64,000 bases of DNA from contig CBDBFU010000009.1 in the NCBI GenBank assembly GCA_965205025.1, positions 170,218 to 234,217 of the forward strand. The letters are read 5' to 3'. Shown piece by piece: positions 1-9,897 of the stretch. Made by a program: the position numbers and the translations under genes. The stretch's first letter is position 1; every line of letters begins with the position of its first letter. Under the pieces are notes generated by a model. That model was not told the origin of the DNA. It was given only the letters and a program-made list of their open reading frames with translations, and did not search any database. The DNA is from Candidatus Poribacteria bacterium (GTDB lineage: Bacteria > Poribacteria > WGA-4E > WGA-3G).

Positions 1-189
1 AATAGATCCTGAATCTGGTACATAAAGACCGTAGAGAATCTTCATCAATGTAGATTTACCAGCACCGTTTTCGCCGACGATAGCGTGTATTTCACCAGGA
101 AGTAGTGTAAAATCTACATCTTGGTTGGCTTGAACTTGTCCAAACCGTTTATTGATACTACGCATTTTAACGATCGGTGATAATGTCAT
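1..189 (-). CDS. Sugar/nucleoside ABC transporter ATP-binding protein, N-terminal part (runs off window edge)
   Basis: Manual translation [56 protein letters not shown]; Walker A GENGAGKS; CUT2-family N-terminus. Confidence 0.9.
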   Translation of the reverse strand, partial: MTLSPIVKMRSINKRFGQVQANQDVDFTLLPGEIHAIVGENGAGKSTLMKILYGLYVPDSGSI

Positions 190-272
190 TGTCTTCTGTT
201 CTATAGGATTAAGGTAGAATTATAGGATGACTAAAGAATTGATTTGGAATATTATTATAATACATTTTGCCC

Positions 273-1446
273 CTATACCTGCCGTGGGGAAAAACATCTG
301 TTGTAGAGTTGTATAATCTCCTCTTGTGTAGCCTGTCTTGGATTGTTTGCTGGACTACCACTGGCAATTGCATCAGCTGCCATTTGTTCGACTACTTCAT
401 CGAAATCAGTTTTGTCAATCCCGATATCTCCGAGTCTTGGCATTTGAATATCATTTACAAGTCGTTCCACTGCTGTGATAGCTGCATCAGCTTGTTTCAT
501 AGGCGATAATCCATCAATCTGTTCACCCATTGCTTTTGCAATATCAGCAAAACGTTTTGGTGCACCAGAAATGCTAAATTCCATTACATCCAGAAGAAGG
601 ACAGCATTTGAGAGACCATGATGTATATGGAAATACGCCCCAATTGGTCGGGACATACCATGAACTAATGCAACTGATGAATTACTGAATGCCATTCCAG
701 CAATAGATGCCCCTAGCATCATATCTATCCGAGCATCAATATTTTCACCATCTGCCCATGCTTGTCGAAGTGATCCAGAAATCAATTCGATTGCATTCAG
801 TGCTAATGTGTCGGTTAGAGGCTGCGCGCGTTTAGAGATATATGCTTCTATGGCGTGTGTTAGAGCATCAACACCGACAGCTGCTGTTAGATGGGGTGGT
901 GTTGTTAGGGATAGTAATGGATCAACGATTGCCACAGATGCAAGTAGACTGGCACTACTCAGCATCATTTTCACATTCCGTTCAGTGTCAGTGATAACAG
1001 TGACTTTGGTGACTTCACTACCTGTGGCCGGCGGTTGTTGGAATGGCAATGAGCGGAGCACCAGGATTGGGAATTTTATCAACACCCATGTATTCTGAAA
1101 AATCACCATCATTGGAGAGTTTCATTGCAATGCCTTTACCGCAGTCAATGGCACTTCCTCCGCCGATACTGACAATCAAGTCTGCTTTTTCTGAATTGTA
1201 TTGTTTTAATCCATTTTTCACATTATGTAGTGTTGGATCTGGAGTAACATCCGAGAAAATAGTGGTGGCTATATTGGTATTGTGAAGATTGTTGACTATC
1301 TGGTCAACATATCCGAGTTCAACAATTCCCGGGTCTGTTACGATAAGGACTTTTGATGCTCCAAGTCGTTTTGCTTGTTCACCGACTTCTTCAGATGATC
1401 CTGCACCTGTAATTACTGTTGGTGGGATAGAAAATGTGGTAGGCAA
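273..1446 (-). pseudogene. Iron-containing alcohol dehydrogenase, split by a +1 frameshift at ~1026 (probably an assembly error)
   Basis: ORF 1018-1446 (GGGSAID, IPTTAG) and ORF 273-1112 (TGSEVT, DALTHAIE, HGMS, HHG) join into a 390-aa Fe-ADH if one G at 1026-1027 is removed, restoring PTTAGTGSEVT. Confidence 0.88.
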
Positions 1447-1577
1447 TTATCAGTTTCCTGGGGTTGAATTAGACAGTTTGCTCCCTTGTCATTTCAAGAA
1501 TATTAGTTTGGATGGGTTGCAATATGAGTGATGTTAACGAATATAGTTGATGTGCATTAATCCAATAATTGACATAT

Positions 1578-1790
1578 TTAAATCAATTTTGCGGATTCTA
1601 TTATTAATGATTCAATCAGCAGTTCAACGGCATCCTGTAAGTTCTTAATGGCATCTTTTTGTGTATATCCCCAACTCGCTGCTCCTTGATGTTCAAGTAC
1701 AGGTATATACGCTCGCCAGACAGCCTTATCTTCTGGTTCATCGGGCCATTTATCTTTTTCTAATACGACATTAAATGTATAAGTTTTCAT
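1578..1790 (-). CDS. HicB-family antitoxin-like protein (no adjacent HicA seen)
   Basis: 70 aa; Y-x-F-x-V-V-L-E, IPVL..GAASWGYT..DAIKNLQDAVELLIE matches the HicB N-terminal pattern. Confidence 0.75.
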   Translation of the reverse strand: MKTYTFNVVLEKDKWPDEPEDKAVWRAYIPVLEHQGAASWGYTQKDAIKNLQDAVELLIESLIIESAKLI

Positions 1791-1952
1791 CTTGTATCTC
1801 CAATTGATATAAGTATATCACAAGATAGTGAATGACACAATTGGCAGAAATGTATTCAATACTCTGGTAATTTAGATATCAATTTAGTAAGTGATACTTG
1901 TATTTTATGATACAGCTGACACCTTGGAATCAACCCTTAGTTGAATGTTAAA

Positions 1953-3515
1953 TTAGTGTCTGAAATGTCTGATTCCTGTAAATACCATTGCCATACCGTA
2001 TTTATCGGCAGTTTCAATTACAGATTCATCATTGACAGAACCACCCGGTTGGATAATTGACTTTATACCAGCATCTCCGGCAATCTCTACACCATCAGGA
2101 AATGGGAAGAAAGCATCTGAAGCTAAAACAGCATTCTGTGCTTTTTCACCTGCCTTACGGACAGCAATTATCGCTGCATCTACACGACTCATCTGTCCCG
2201 CACCTATGCCAACAGTCCTTGTGCCTTGTGCAAGTAGAATACAGTTTGATTTCACATACTTGCATGCCTTCCATGCAAAGAGTAAAGTTTCAATCTCTTG
2301 TTCCGTAGGTTCACGTTTAGTGACAACCTTCAATTCACTCTTATCAATGTTGTGTACATCCTGTTCTTGAATAAGAACACCACCATTGATATGACGCATT
2401 TGCATAATTGGTTCAGCATCTGACAACGAACCTGTTTCAAGGATACGGCGACTTTCAACACGGGATAATGCATTCAATGCTTTTACTGTATAACTTGGTG
2501 CTATGACTGCTTCAATTTTCACCCCAGACTTTGCAGCATCACGTATCGTGTTTGCTGTCTGGATTGTAACCTTACGATTTAAACCAACAATTGAACCAAA
2601 GGCAGATGTCGTATCACAATCAAGTGCATTCATAAAAGCATCTTGAAGATTCTCTGCAGAAGCAAGTCCACATGGATTATTATGTTTTATTATTGCACAT
2701 GTTGGTGTATTGAAATCTTTGACGATTTCTAATGCTGCATCTAAATCAAGGATATTATTATAGGATAATGCCGGTCCGTTGAGTTGTTTAGCCCATGCTG
2801 CACAAGGTGAGGGTTTCGTCTCTGTTCTATAGAAAGCTGCATCCTGATGGGGATTTTCACCATATCTAAGAGAATCAGCTTTTTGATAGTGTAGCGTTAT
2901 GAAATTCTCAAATTCCTCATAAGAATCTAAATTTGTCAAGTAATTTGAAATTGCATTATCATAGTGTGCAGTATGTGTGAATGCTGCTTTTGCCAATTCA
3001 AAACGTCTTTCACCAGAGATACATCCATCATTGTTATTCAATTCTGATATTATGTCAGCGTATTGATTTGGATCTGTCAAGACAGCAACATGGTGATAAT
3101 TCTTGGCTGCGGCACGAATCATCGTCGGTCCGCCAATATCAATATTTTCAATAGCTTCTTCAAGGGTAACATCAGGTTTGGTAATTGTAGCTTCGAAAGG
3201 GTATAGGTTGCAAATCACCATGTCAATTGGTTTTATTCCATTAGTCTTAGCCTGGACTCCGTGTCCTGTATTATCCCATTGCGCGAGTAAGCCACCATGT
3301 ATTTTGGGATGTAGAGTTTTTACCCTACCATCTAACATTTCCGGGAAACCTGTGTAATCAGAAACATCAATGATTTTAATTCCAGCATCCCGTAGATGTC
3401 TTGCTGTCCCTCCAGTTGATATGATTTCTACACCAAAATTAACCAGAGTATTTGCTAAATCTGATAGATCTGTTTTGTCGTATGTGCTGATGAGTACGCG
3501 TTTTATTTTTTTCAT
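1953..3515 (-). CDS. purH: Bifunctional AICAR transformylase/IMP cyclohydrolase
   Basis: GRVKTLHPKIHGG, IDIGGPTM, LRYGENPHQ, GAGQMSRVD, C-terminal RHFRH. Confidence 0.98.
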   Translation of the reverse strand: MKKIKRVLISTYDKTDLSDLANTLVNFGVEIISTGGTARHLRDAGIKIIDVSDYTGFPEMLDGRVKTLHPKIHGGLLAQWDNTGHGVQAKTNGIKPIDMVICNLYPFEATITKPDVTLEEAIENIDIGGPTMIRAAAKNYHHVAVLTDPNQYADIISELNNNDGCISGERRFELAKAAFTHTAHYDNAISNYLTNLDSYEEFENFITLHYQKADSLRYGENPHQDAAFYRTETKPSPCAAWAKQLNGPALSYNNILDLDAALEIVKDFNTPTCAIIKHNNPCGLASAENLQDAFMNALDCDTTSAFGSIVGLNRKVTIQTANTIRDAAKSGVKIEAVIAPSYTVKALNALSRVESRRILETGSLSDAEPIMQMRHINGGVLIQEQDVHNIDKSELKVVTKREPTEQEIETLLFAWKACKYVKSNCILLAQGTRTVGIGAGQMSRVDAAIIAVRKAGEKAQNAVLASDAFFPFPDGVEIAGDAGIKSIIQPGGSVNDESVIETADKYGMAMVFTGIRHFRH

Positions 3516-3577
3516 AATTCCGATATTCCAATGTCTTAAAGGAGATGATATTCAAGTATGTTGAACTATGAATATAG

Positions 3578-4852
3578 TTAGGTAATGTAACGGGGGAATC
3601 CGAAACCGTCGTTAGCAACGTGACTTCTTGCGGGGATCTGAGCACGAGTTGGAATAATTAGATCCATTTCAGATGTGTTTTCAATGACGGTTCCGTCCCC
3701 AATGCGTACCTCGTTCCCTATCATAATTTGACCTGGATGGTCCGCTGCACCACGTATTGTACCTATTACGACGGATGATCCGATACGACATTTTTGGTCA
3801 ATTTCGACAAAACCGTAGATTTCAGTATTTGTACCAATCGTAGTGTAGTCTGCAATTTGCACAGGACCGAGGAGACTTGTATCTGTACCAATTTCAACAA
3901 AATCTCCAATGACAGGATGGCGCTGTTTAACTTTAACACTTAAACCGCCAAGTGTGCATGGATATATCACGCATCCAGAACCGATAATACCTGTCTGTCC
4001 AGTGGTAACACCTCTATGTGGATGTTCTAATAAATTTGCATCACCGATTTCAGTTTCAGGATGTATATCTGCTTGGTAATACCGTCCTCCGAGTTCAGAG
4101 ATTGCACGTGGTAGTAGAGGAACAGGAACTCGGTTTAAGTCTGAGTTATCTTCAGGTGAACCACTTCGCGTCAATGCATGTGCCACATCATGGTAGAATA
4201 GAACCCGCCAACCGGGATAAGTACTGACAACGAGCTGGAGTTGATATTCCAATACAGAAGCGAGATTTAAACTTGCCAGAAAATCCTTGTATGGATCGAA
4301 GGATCGCTCCTTAATGGCATTATCAATTTGAAATCGAAAATCTATAGCAGCGATTTTTTCACGAGAAATACCATTATGTAACAGATAAGCGTCCCACACC
4401 GCTGGATCTTTCAGAGATGAGAAGCGATTCCAGAGTGCCCTGCTTTTTAATCGGGGAAGTTCCCACAGAAGTGAGAATACAGTTTCGAGTGCAGTTTCAA
4501 GATTTGTTTCATCGGTAACAGCGATAAATGACTGTGCCACCATAGCATATAACTGGTCTACAACTTCTTCAATCGCTTCTGATAAGCCATGTTTCTGATT
4601 TTGTAGATGGGGGATGTTATGGGATCCGGGGGCTACACATTCTAAGAGATTACCGAGAATTGTTTCAAGAATATCTCTATTGACAAAACCACGTCCGGAA
4701 CGTTGTGATAACCCTTCACGGCTTATACTATCTATACGTAAAGCATTTAATTCAGATTTACTATAGATAGGTAGTATCCGTGATATAGTTTTCTTTAATA
4801 AGGGTTTCTTTCGTTCTTCATAAGATGAATCAAAAAGTGTGGTTTCAGACAT
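3578..4852 (-). CDS. Divergent serine O-acetyltransferase-like protein (left-handed beta-helix) with long unknown N-terminal region
   Basis: ADIHPETEIG, TLGG, RHPVIGD resemble CysE DIHPxAxIG/TLGG/RHPxIG; extra hexapeptide repeats follow. Confidence 0.6.
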   Translation of the reverse strand: MSETTLFDSSYEERKKPLLKKTISRILPIYSKSELNALRIDSISREGLSQRSGRGFVNRDILETILGNLLECVAPGSHNIPHLQNQKHGLSEAIEEVVDQLYAMVAQSFIAVTDETNLETALETVFSLLWELPRLKSRALWNRFSSLKDPAVWDAYLLHNGISREKIAAIDFRFQIDNAIKERSFDPYKDFLASLNLASVLEYQLQLVVSTYPGWRVLFYHDVAHALTRSGSPEDNSDLNRVPVPLLPRAISELGGRYYQADIHPETEIGDANLLEHPHRGVTTGQTGIIGSGCVIYPCTLGGLSVKVKQRHPVIGDFVEIGTDTSLLGPVQIADYTTIGTNTEIYGFVEIDQKCRIGSSVVIGTIRGAADHPGQIMIGNEVRIGDGTVIENTSEMDLIIPTRAQIPARSHVANDGFGFPRYIT

Positions 4853-4921
4853 ATTGGTGGATCAGTAGAGATAATTCATATATTTTCTCAACGGATCGTC
4901 TCCCTTGTATTATTGGTAATC

Positions 4922-6055
4922 TTACTCAGTGAAAACCTGTTGTGCAGCAGTGACGCCAGCACCATATGCGAAGTCATAGCCAATTTGAGCTAAACCTCTT
5001 TCAAATGAAGAAATAGCAATAATTACATCGTTTTCATTCATCCAACCGAGATGAGCAATACGTACTATTTTACCACTTAATTCCCCTTGCCCACCAGCAT
5101 AAGTAATTCCATATTCTTCACGCATCATTTTTAGAAAAGCCTTCCCATCAATTTCCTTCGGAAGTCGGATTGATGTTAATGTATTTGCAGGAGATGATGC
5201 AAATAGGGGTAATCCAATTGCTTTGATAGCACACCGAGTTGCGAATGCCATTTGTTGATGACGCGCAATGGTGTTGTGGATACCTTCTTCATATATTAAA
5301 TTTAGAGCACATTGCAGAGCGGTTAGTAGTGTAATCGCAGGCGTATATGGTACTGATCCCTCTATACCACTCTTATATGCTTTACGAAAATCAAAATAGT
5401 ATTTCGGTAGATTGGAATGTTTTACTGCATCCCACGCACGATTATTGAGTGCTACAAATGCCAACCCCGGCGGTGTCATCAAACCTTTTTGAGAGCAGGA
5501 AACAACAACATCCACTCCCCAATTATCCATCTGTAGGTCATCAGCACCTAACGCACTCACAGCATCAACAACAAGGAGAGTCGGAGTTGATTGAGTTATC
5601 TGTGCAAGTGTTTGTATATCGTGTAAAGCACCTGTAGAAGTTTCGCAGAGAGTTGAATATACCACCTTAATTTCAGGAGTAGCGTTAAGATATTCCTCAA
5701 CTATTTCAGGATCAACAGAATTCCCCCATTCAACATCAATAGATATAACTTCGACCCCATAGGCGGTGCATATTTCACTCCATCGTTCACCGAATTTTCC
5801 ACTTCTGATGACTAATACCTTATCCCCACGGGATAGGAGATTGGACACTGCACCCTCCATTGCCCCAGTGCCTGAAGATGTGAGAAACAGTACATCGTTC
5901 TCTGTTTGAAATACGTGCTTTAGCTTCTCTAAGACATCCTTAATTAACGCTACAGCATCTTCACTACGATGGTAGTCAATTGGCTGCGCCATAGCCAACA
6001 ATGCTTCAGAGGGAATTGGTGTTGGTCCAGGGGTAAACAGATAACTTTTCTTCAT
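4922..6055 (-). CDS. Class V PLP aminotransferase (alanine/serine-glyoxylate type)
   Basis: LFTPGPTP, SSGTGAMEG, ETSTG, VVDAVS, SQKGLMTPPG, RIAHLG. Confidence 0.93.
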   Translation of the reverse strand: MKKSYLFTPGPTPIPSEALLAMAQPIDYHRSEDAVALIKDVLEKLKHVFQTENDVLFLTSSGTGAMEGAVSNLLSRGDKVLVIRSGKFGERWSEICTAYGVEVISIDVEWGNSVDPEIVEEYLNATPEIKVVYSTLCETSTGALHDIQTLAQITQSTPTLLVVDAVSALGADDLQMDNWGVDVVVSCSQKGLMTPPGLAFVALNNRAWDAVKHSNLPKYYFDFRKAYKSGIEGSVPYTPAITLLTALQCALNLIYEEGIHNTIARHQQMAFATRCAIKAIGLPLFASSPANTLTSIRLPKEIDGKAFLKMMREEYGITYAGGQGELSGKIVRIAHLGWMNENDVIIAISSFERGLAQIGYDFAYGAGVTAAQQVFTE

Positions 6056-6062
6056 AATAACA

Positions 6063-6278
6063 CTATGCAGTTCCGGCTACACCAGGACTTTTACCTTCAA
6101 CGTTCAGGATTACCCATTCTCGACTCAAGAGTTGTAGGACAGACACTATTGCGTCTCGTTGTCCTGCACTGTCCATTGGAACTTCTATAGTCAAAGTGGC
6201 GAATTCTTCTTTTTGAACATCACCATCGTTGCTAAACTTCATCGGTGTAATTTGTATCTTCTTCAATTTTGCGTCCAT
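6063..6278 (-). CDS. Hypothetical 71-aa protein
   Basis: Strong AGGAGG SD upstream; 7 bp from the next gene; globular-looking composition. Confidence 0.75.
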   Translation of the reverse strand: MDAKLKKIQITPMKFSNDGDVQKEEFATLTIEVPMDSAGQRDAIVSVLQLLSREWVILNVEGKSPGVAGTA

Positions 6279-6331
6279 TAGTTTATATCCTCCTAAAATA
6301 TCACTTATAACTAAATCGAATAATCACTGTT

Positions 6332-7354
6332 TTAATGATCTTCCATGAAGATTTTCAAATCCATGCATTCTCCAGTTTTTCGTGCAGATTCCCATCCTGC
6401 TAATACGGGTGCTAACGAATGCAAGCCATCGTGGTAATCACTTTGTAATAGATCTGCATTCCCAGATCTGATTGCACGAATAAATGTCTTATCCTGTTCT
6501 AACCACGGATTGAATTCCTCTGCTTGGTAGATAATCTCACCATTTACTTCAATCCTATCATACTGGTAGATTGTGAGGCAACCACCCTCATAGTATACAG
6601 TAAACCATGGTTCATTCTTCGGGTTTGAACCTGCAGAAACAAAGTTCAGATTCATCGTTGCACCGTTCTCAAAACGGTAATTGAAAATGCAGGATAACGG
6701 TGTAGAATACGATGGACGTTCACAATAGAATGCCTGTGAATGAGAGATATTTAATCCCGTCATAAACCGACTATAATCCGTAGCATGTACACCCCAATCC
6801 AGAGCACGTCCCCCAGATTTTTCCATATCTGCCCACCAAGTCTTTGCTTCACTCCCTGCTACAGGAGGTAATCCACCAAAACTTTGAAATCGGACATGTA
6901 TGATTTCTTTATCAGATAAGAAATCACGTGCTTTTTGAAAAATTGGTCGATATCGTTCCCTGAATCCTACAGTACTTATTACCCCAGCATTTCGTATCGC
7001 ATTGTCTATCCTATTAGCGACCTTCATAGTCAATGCCTGGGGTTTTTCACTGAAGATGTGGATTCCCTTTTCTGCAGCGATTACCTCAACATTCGTTCGG
7101 ACATACGCTGGTACGATAGAGTATAAGACATCAAAATTCTCAGTGTTAAGCATTGTGTGTGCCCCACCATTATCTGGGTGGTATACCTGAGGAATATTAA
7201 ACAGCTCTGCAGTATCTATTAATGCCTCCTTATTACTATCACACGCTGCTATGATATTAACGTTATCAATCTGCAAAAGGTTCGGAATTCGTGTAGTTTT
7301 CGCAAAATTACCACATCCGTAAAAGGCAACGCGTATGCTGGAGTTTGATGACAC
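6332..7354 (-). CDS. Gfo/Idh/MocA family oxidoreductase
   Basis: GCGNFA Rossmann motif, EKP, DWGVHATD. Confidence 0.92.
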   Translation of the reverse strand: MSSNSSIRVAFYGCGNFAKTTRIPNLLQIDNVNIIAACDSNKEALIDTAELFNIPQVYHPDNGGAHTMLNTENFDVLYSIVPAYVRTNVEVIAAEKGIHIFSEKPQALTMKVANRIDNAIRNAGVISTVGFRERYRPIFQKARDFLSDKEIIHVRFQSFGGLPPVAGSEAKTWWADMEKSGGRALDWGVHATDYSRFMTGLNISHSQAFYCERPSYSTPLSCIFNYRFENGATMNLNFVSAGSNPKNEPWFTVYYEGGCLTIYQYDRIEVNGEIIYQAEEFNPWLEQDKTFIRAIRSGNADLLQSDYHDGLHSLAPVLAGWESARKTGECMDLKIFMEDH

Positions 7355-7428
7355 AGAAGGGTCCCCGATTTGGTAAGAAGTGTATAAATTATTGGATTAT
7401 CATTAAATTGTAACAACTTCAATTTGGT

Positions 7429-8325
7429 CTAATTAGTTTCACGCCAAGGTGGAATAGTCCATGTGTTGTACCAGTTCCATTTCCAGTTAATTTCTTTTTC
7501 AGGTATTTTTACTTCATACTCAATCCCTGCAGTGAATGGAAGTATCCGTGTTTTATTGCAAACGATTTCCCGAATTGACTCAATAAAGGCATTTTCGTCT
7601 GTGACATTCGGTGGCCAATGTCCTTCTGGAATTGGGTCTGATTTTCTATCAGTTCGATAGTGCGTTGGAATGATGAATCGAGGTTGGATTAAATCTACCA
7701 ACTCAACTAATCTATGTGATACACCATCACCGAGACCGAGTTTCATGTGAATAAGAAAGTCAACTTTCCCACGAAGATTCTGTAAAGCAGGATACGGTTC
7801 GTGTAGGTCTCCAGTATGAAGGACAGAAATGTTTTGCTGGATGTGGGAAATGAGATATCCGTTGGTTGGCAGATTGGGAGATTGGTTTTCTCCACTTTCT
7901 ATCGTTTCAATTGTGATGTTATCAATTTCAAATGTCTCTGTCCCAGTAAATGACCGTGACGATCCTTGACTTGCATTAATATGTTTTGGGTATAAGATTT
8001 CTACCTTATCGGAAGGGATATGTTTTGTTATAGGTAGGTCGCGTTCAAATGCTGCATCCCCATATTTTTCATTAATGGGTTGTGCTGGAGTAATACACCC
8101 AGGATTTACAAAGAGCTTTTTAAAACGACTCCCTTTACATAACTTACGTAAAGTAGCTGGGTGGCAATGATCAAAATGTTCGTGAGAAATAAAGATGTAA
8201 TCGTAGATAGGTTCAACTTTTGCTAAGTTCTGATTAAACAGATACGGATCAAAAGTGATGTTGATGTCGTTGAACCGTACATCAAATGCGCCGCAACCCC
8301 ACCATCTTAGGTATATATTGTCCAT
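7429..8325 (-). CDS. Metallo-beta-lactamase fold hydrolase (UlaG-like)
   Basis: DPY, SHEHFDH, HTGD, IPTHY. Confidence 0.88.
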   Translation of the reverse strand: MDNIYLRWWGCGAFDVRFNDINITFDPYLFNQNLAKVEPIYDYIFISHEHFDHCHPATLRKLCKGSRFKKLFVNPGCITPAQPINEKYGDAAFERDLPITKHIPSDKVEILYPKHINASQGSSRSFTGTETFEIDNITIETIESGENQSPNLPTNGYLISHIQQNISVLHTGDLHEPYPALQNLRGKVDFLIHMKLGLGDGVSHRLVELVDLIQPRFIIPTHYRTDRKSDPIPEGHWPPNVTDENAFIESIREIVCNKTRILPFTAGIEYEVKIPEKEINWKWNWYNTWTIPPWRETN

Positions 8326-8405
8326 CTCTCATGCATCTTTTAGGTAGAAATCGCTTTCCAGAAATCTTATTTTTTACTATAACACCTAAGTTGCAACCTA
8401 TAATT

Positions 8406-8528
8406 AACGTGATTTTGATAAGACACATTGTAACCCGAACTTTTAGTTAACACCAGAGTGCACAAACTGGAAAGTTTGTGCTACAAAGACTATCTTCAGG
8501 ACAAAATTCTGTTTATCGAACTGACATT
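8406..8528. mobile_element. MITE-like element (AACGTGA TIR family) carrying REP hairpin(s)
   Basis: Ends AACGTGATTTTGATAA and TTATCGAACTGACATT are imperfect inverted repeats; the same end recurs at 29319-29330, 30953-30967 and 45352-45367; encloses the REP at 8461-8484. Confidence 0.6.
8461..8484 (-). repeat. GTAG-type REP hairpin (GTAG-CACAAACT-TTCC-AGTTTGTG), uninterrupted copy
   Basis: 8-bp perfect stem next to GTAG on the minus strand; related copies at ~23385/23520, ~34236/34360, ~45132, ~52023. Confidence 0.75.
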
Positions 8529-8597
8529 TTTTATTATCATACTGACGTTATAAATACTAACTACGCGAAGGTGTATAAGATGTATAACTCTCGTTTA

Positions 8598-8666
8598 CTA
8601 CATACCGCTCCGCTGGAGCAGGAAAGAATATAGGCTTTTCTATAGACATATCGCTCCTCTGCAGCG
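8598..8666. repeat. Tandem pair of REP-like hairpins (TTTCTAyArACATnnCG-hairpin family)
   Basis: ACATACCGCTCCGCTGGAGC and ACATATCGCTCCTCTGCAGCG ~47 bp apart; same doublet layout at 33614, 36516, 36664, 61631. Confidence 0.7.
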
Positions 8667-8868
8667 AAGATAGTATTCAAACTTGGACGCTATACAAAAA
8701 CCAATAGTATCCAAAATCTGTAAGAATATGTCTATGTATGTTAATTAACAATTTTACCATATAAGGAAACATACTGCAAATTAACAGTTTGTGGTCTTAG
8801 CCAATTGTGCATCAAAATGAGAAATTGCAGTTGCTCCGTTCCCCATAACAGCATTCGTAAACATAAAC

Positions 8869-9381
8869 CTATAAATCATAATTCAGTCCGAGCCTGAATG
8901 TCTTGTTGGTATACATCCAGATGAGTCGCATTTTCGATGGAATGTTCATGACAAGTCCAGTCTCAATACGCCAATCGTGACTGTTTTTTCTATTGAAATA
9001 CCATTGGTTCACATGAAAAACGCCAAAATAGGGTTCTATCCCCCAATGTGTTCGTGTGATCAGTTGGTAAGAGAGACCACCACCCCAAGAGAACCCGAGA
9101 CTGCCTGAATTGATAGTGCCGTCTACAGATGAATAATATGCGGCCTCGAAGCTGCCGTTTAAGCCACCACGCCAAAAATAGTCAAGGTTTTTTATTGTGG
9201 TTGGATGGATACGCGTGTATCGCAACTCGCTTTTAGCTGCGGGGAACATTTGAAATTGATGTGAGTATTGATTACGATAAAACCGAATGCTGTCAAGGTA
9301 AAGACTCGTCTCGGCTAATGTAGACATCGGCAGAAGCATACAGATACTGATAAAGAAAATTATACCTATATGGAATTTCAT
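8869..9381 (-). CDS. Secreted hypothetical protein, possible small outer-membrane beta-barrel
   Basis: AGGAG SD; signal peptide ending STLA; alternating aromatic/Gly-rich strands; C-terminal FRLGLNYDL. Confidence 0.65.
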   Translation of the reverse strand: MKFHIGIIFFISICMLLPMSTLAETSLYLDSIRFYRNQYSHQFQMFPAAKSELRYTRIHPTTIKNLDYFWRGGLNGSFEAAYYSSVDGTINSGSLGFSWGGGLSYQLITRTHWGIEPYFGVFHVNQWYFNRKNSHDWRIETGLVMNIPSKMRLIWMYTNKTFRLGLNYDL

Positions 9382-9608
9382 AAGTTTCTCCTTATTGTAT
9401 TAGTTTGGGTTTACAAAAAATGAACGATTTAGAATTATACAATTCTATTTTATTATGATAAATATCTAAAATCTATTTCTTGTTTCAGTGATATATGTAT
9501 GTTAGTTGTTAGAAATGAACTTTTTCTTCATTTTATTTTGATTTTTTTTAGAAAAAGGTGGGTGAATTTAGATTTGGATAAGGTCTACACTGATATCTAC
9601 AAATGTGA

Positions 9609-9788
9609 TTACTCTTCTTTATTTTCTCGTTCAAAGTGTTCGGCAATTTTAGATAAACTCTCACTAACCTTTTGTTCGAGTTCCATAATCATCTTAAGCC
9701 GTCCATCGATGCGGTATAATGTACACATGATATTGATGAGAAGTCCGATGATACCGCCAATAAGTATACCAAATGCAACTTCTACCAT
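9609..9788 (-). CDS. Small single-TM protein (59 aa), below the ORF-track cutoff
   Basis: MVEVAFGILIGGIIGLLINIMCTLYRIDGRLKMIMELEQKVSESLSKIAEHFERENKEE; AAGGA upstream; TM helix plus charged coiled tail. Confidence 0.65.
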   Translation of the reverse strand: MVEVAFGILIGGIIGLLINIMCTLYRIDGRLKMIMELEQKVSESLSKIAEHFERENKEE

Positions 9789-9897
9789 GTTCTCAGTTCC
9801 TTGTGTTTGTAGTCCTTATTTATTGCTTTATGATATTTTGCTTATGTGGTTGGGGATTGTGGTATACATGCAGCTGCCTGTGGCGAAGTGTTATTTT

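Noticed and set aside
1018-1112. Programmed ribosomal frameshifting in adh, thrC and the VWA gene
   Set aside because: No shared slippery sequence or stimulatory structure; breaks fall inside conserved motifs; indel error is simpler
1578-1790. Complete HicAB toxin-antitoxin module
   Set aside because: No HicA-like ORF found on either side; the protein also lacks a C-terminal DNA-binding domain
8760-8850. Possible integron attC site or structured RNA after the beta-barrel gene (ACTGCAA...TTGCAGT)
   Set aside because: No RYYYAAC/GTTRRRY box pair, no integrase, single copy, weak internal pairing
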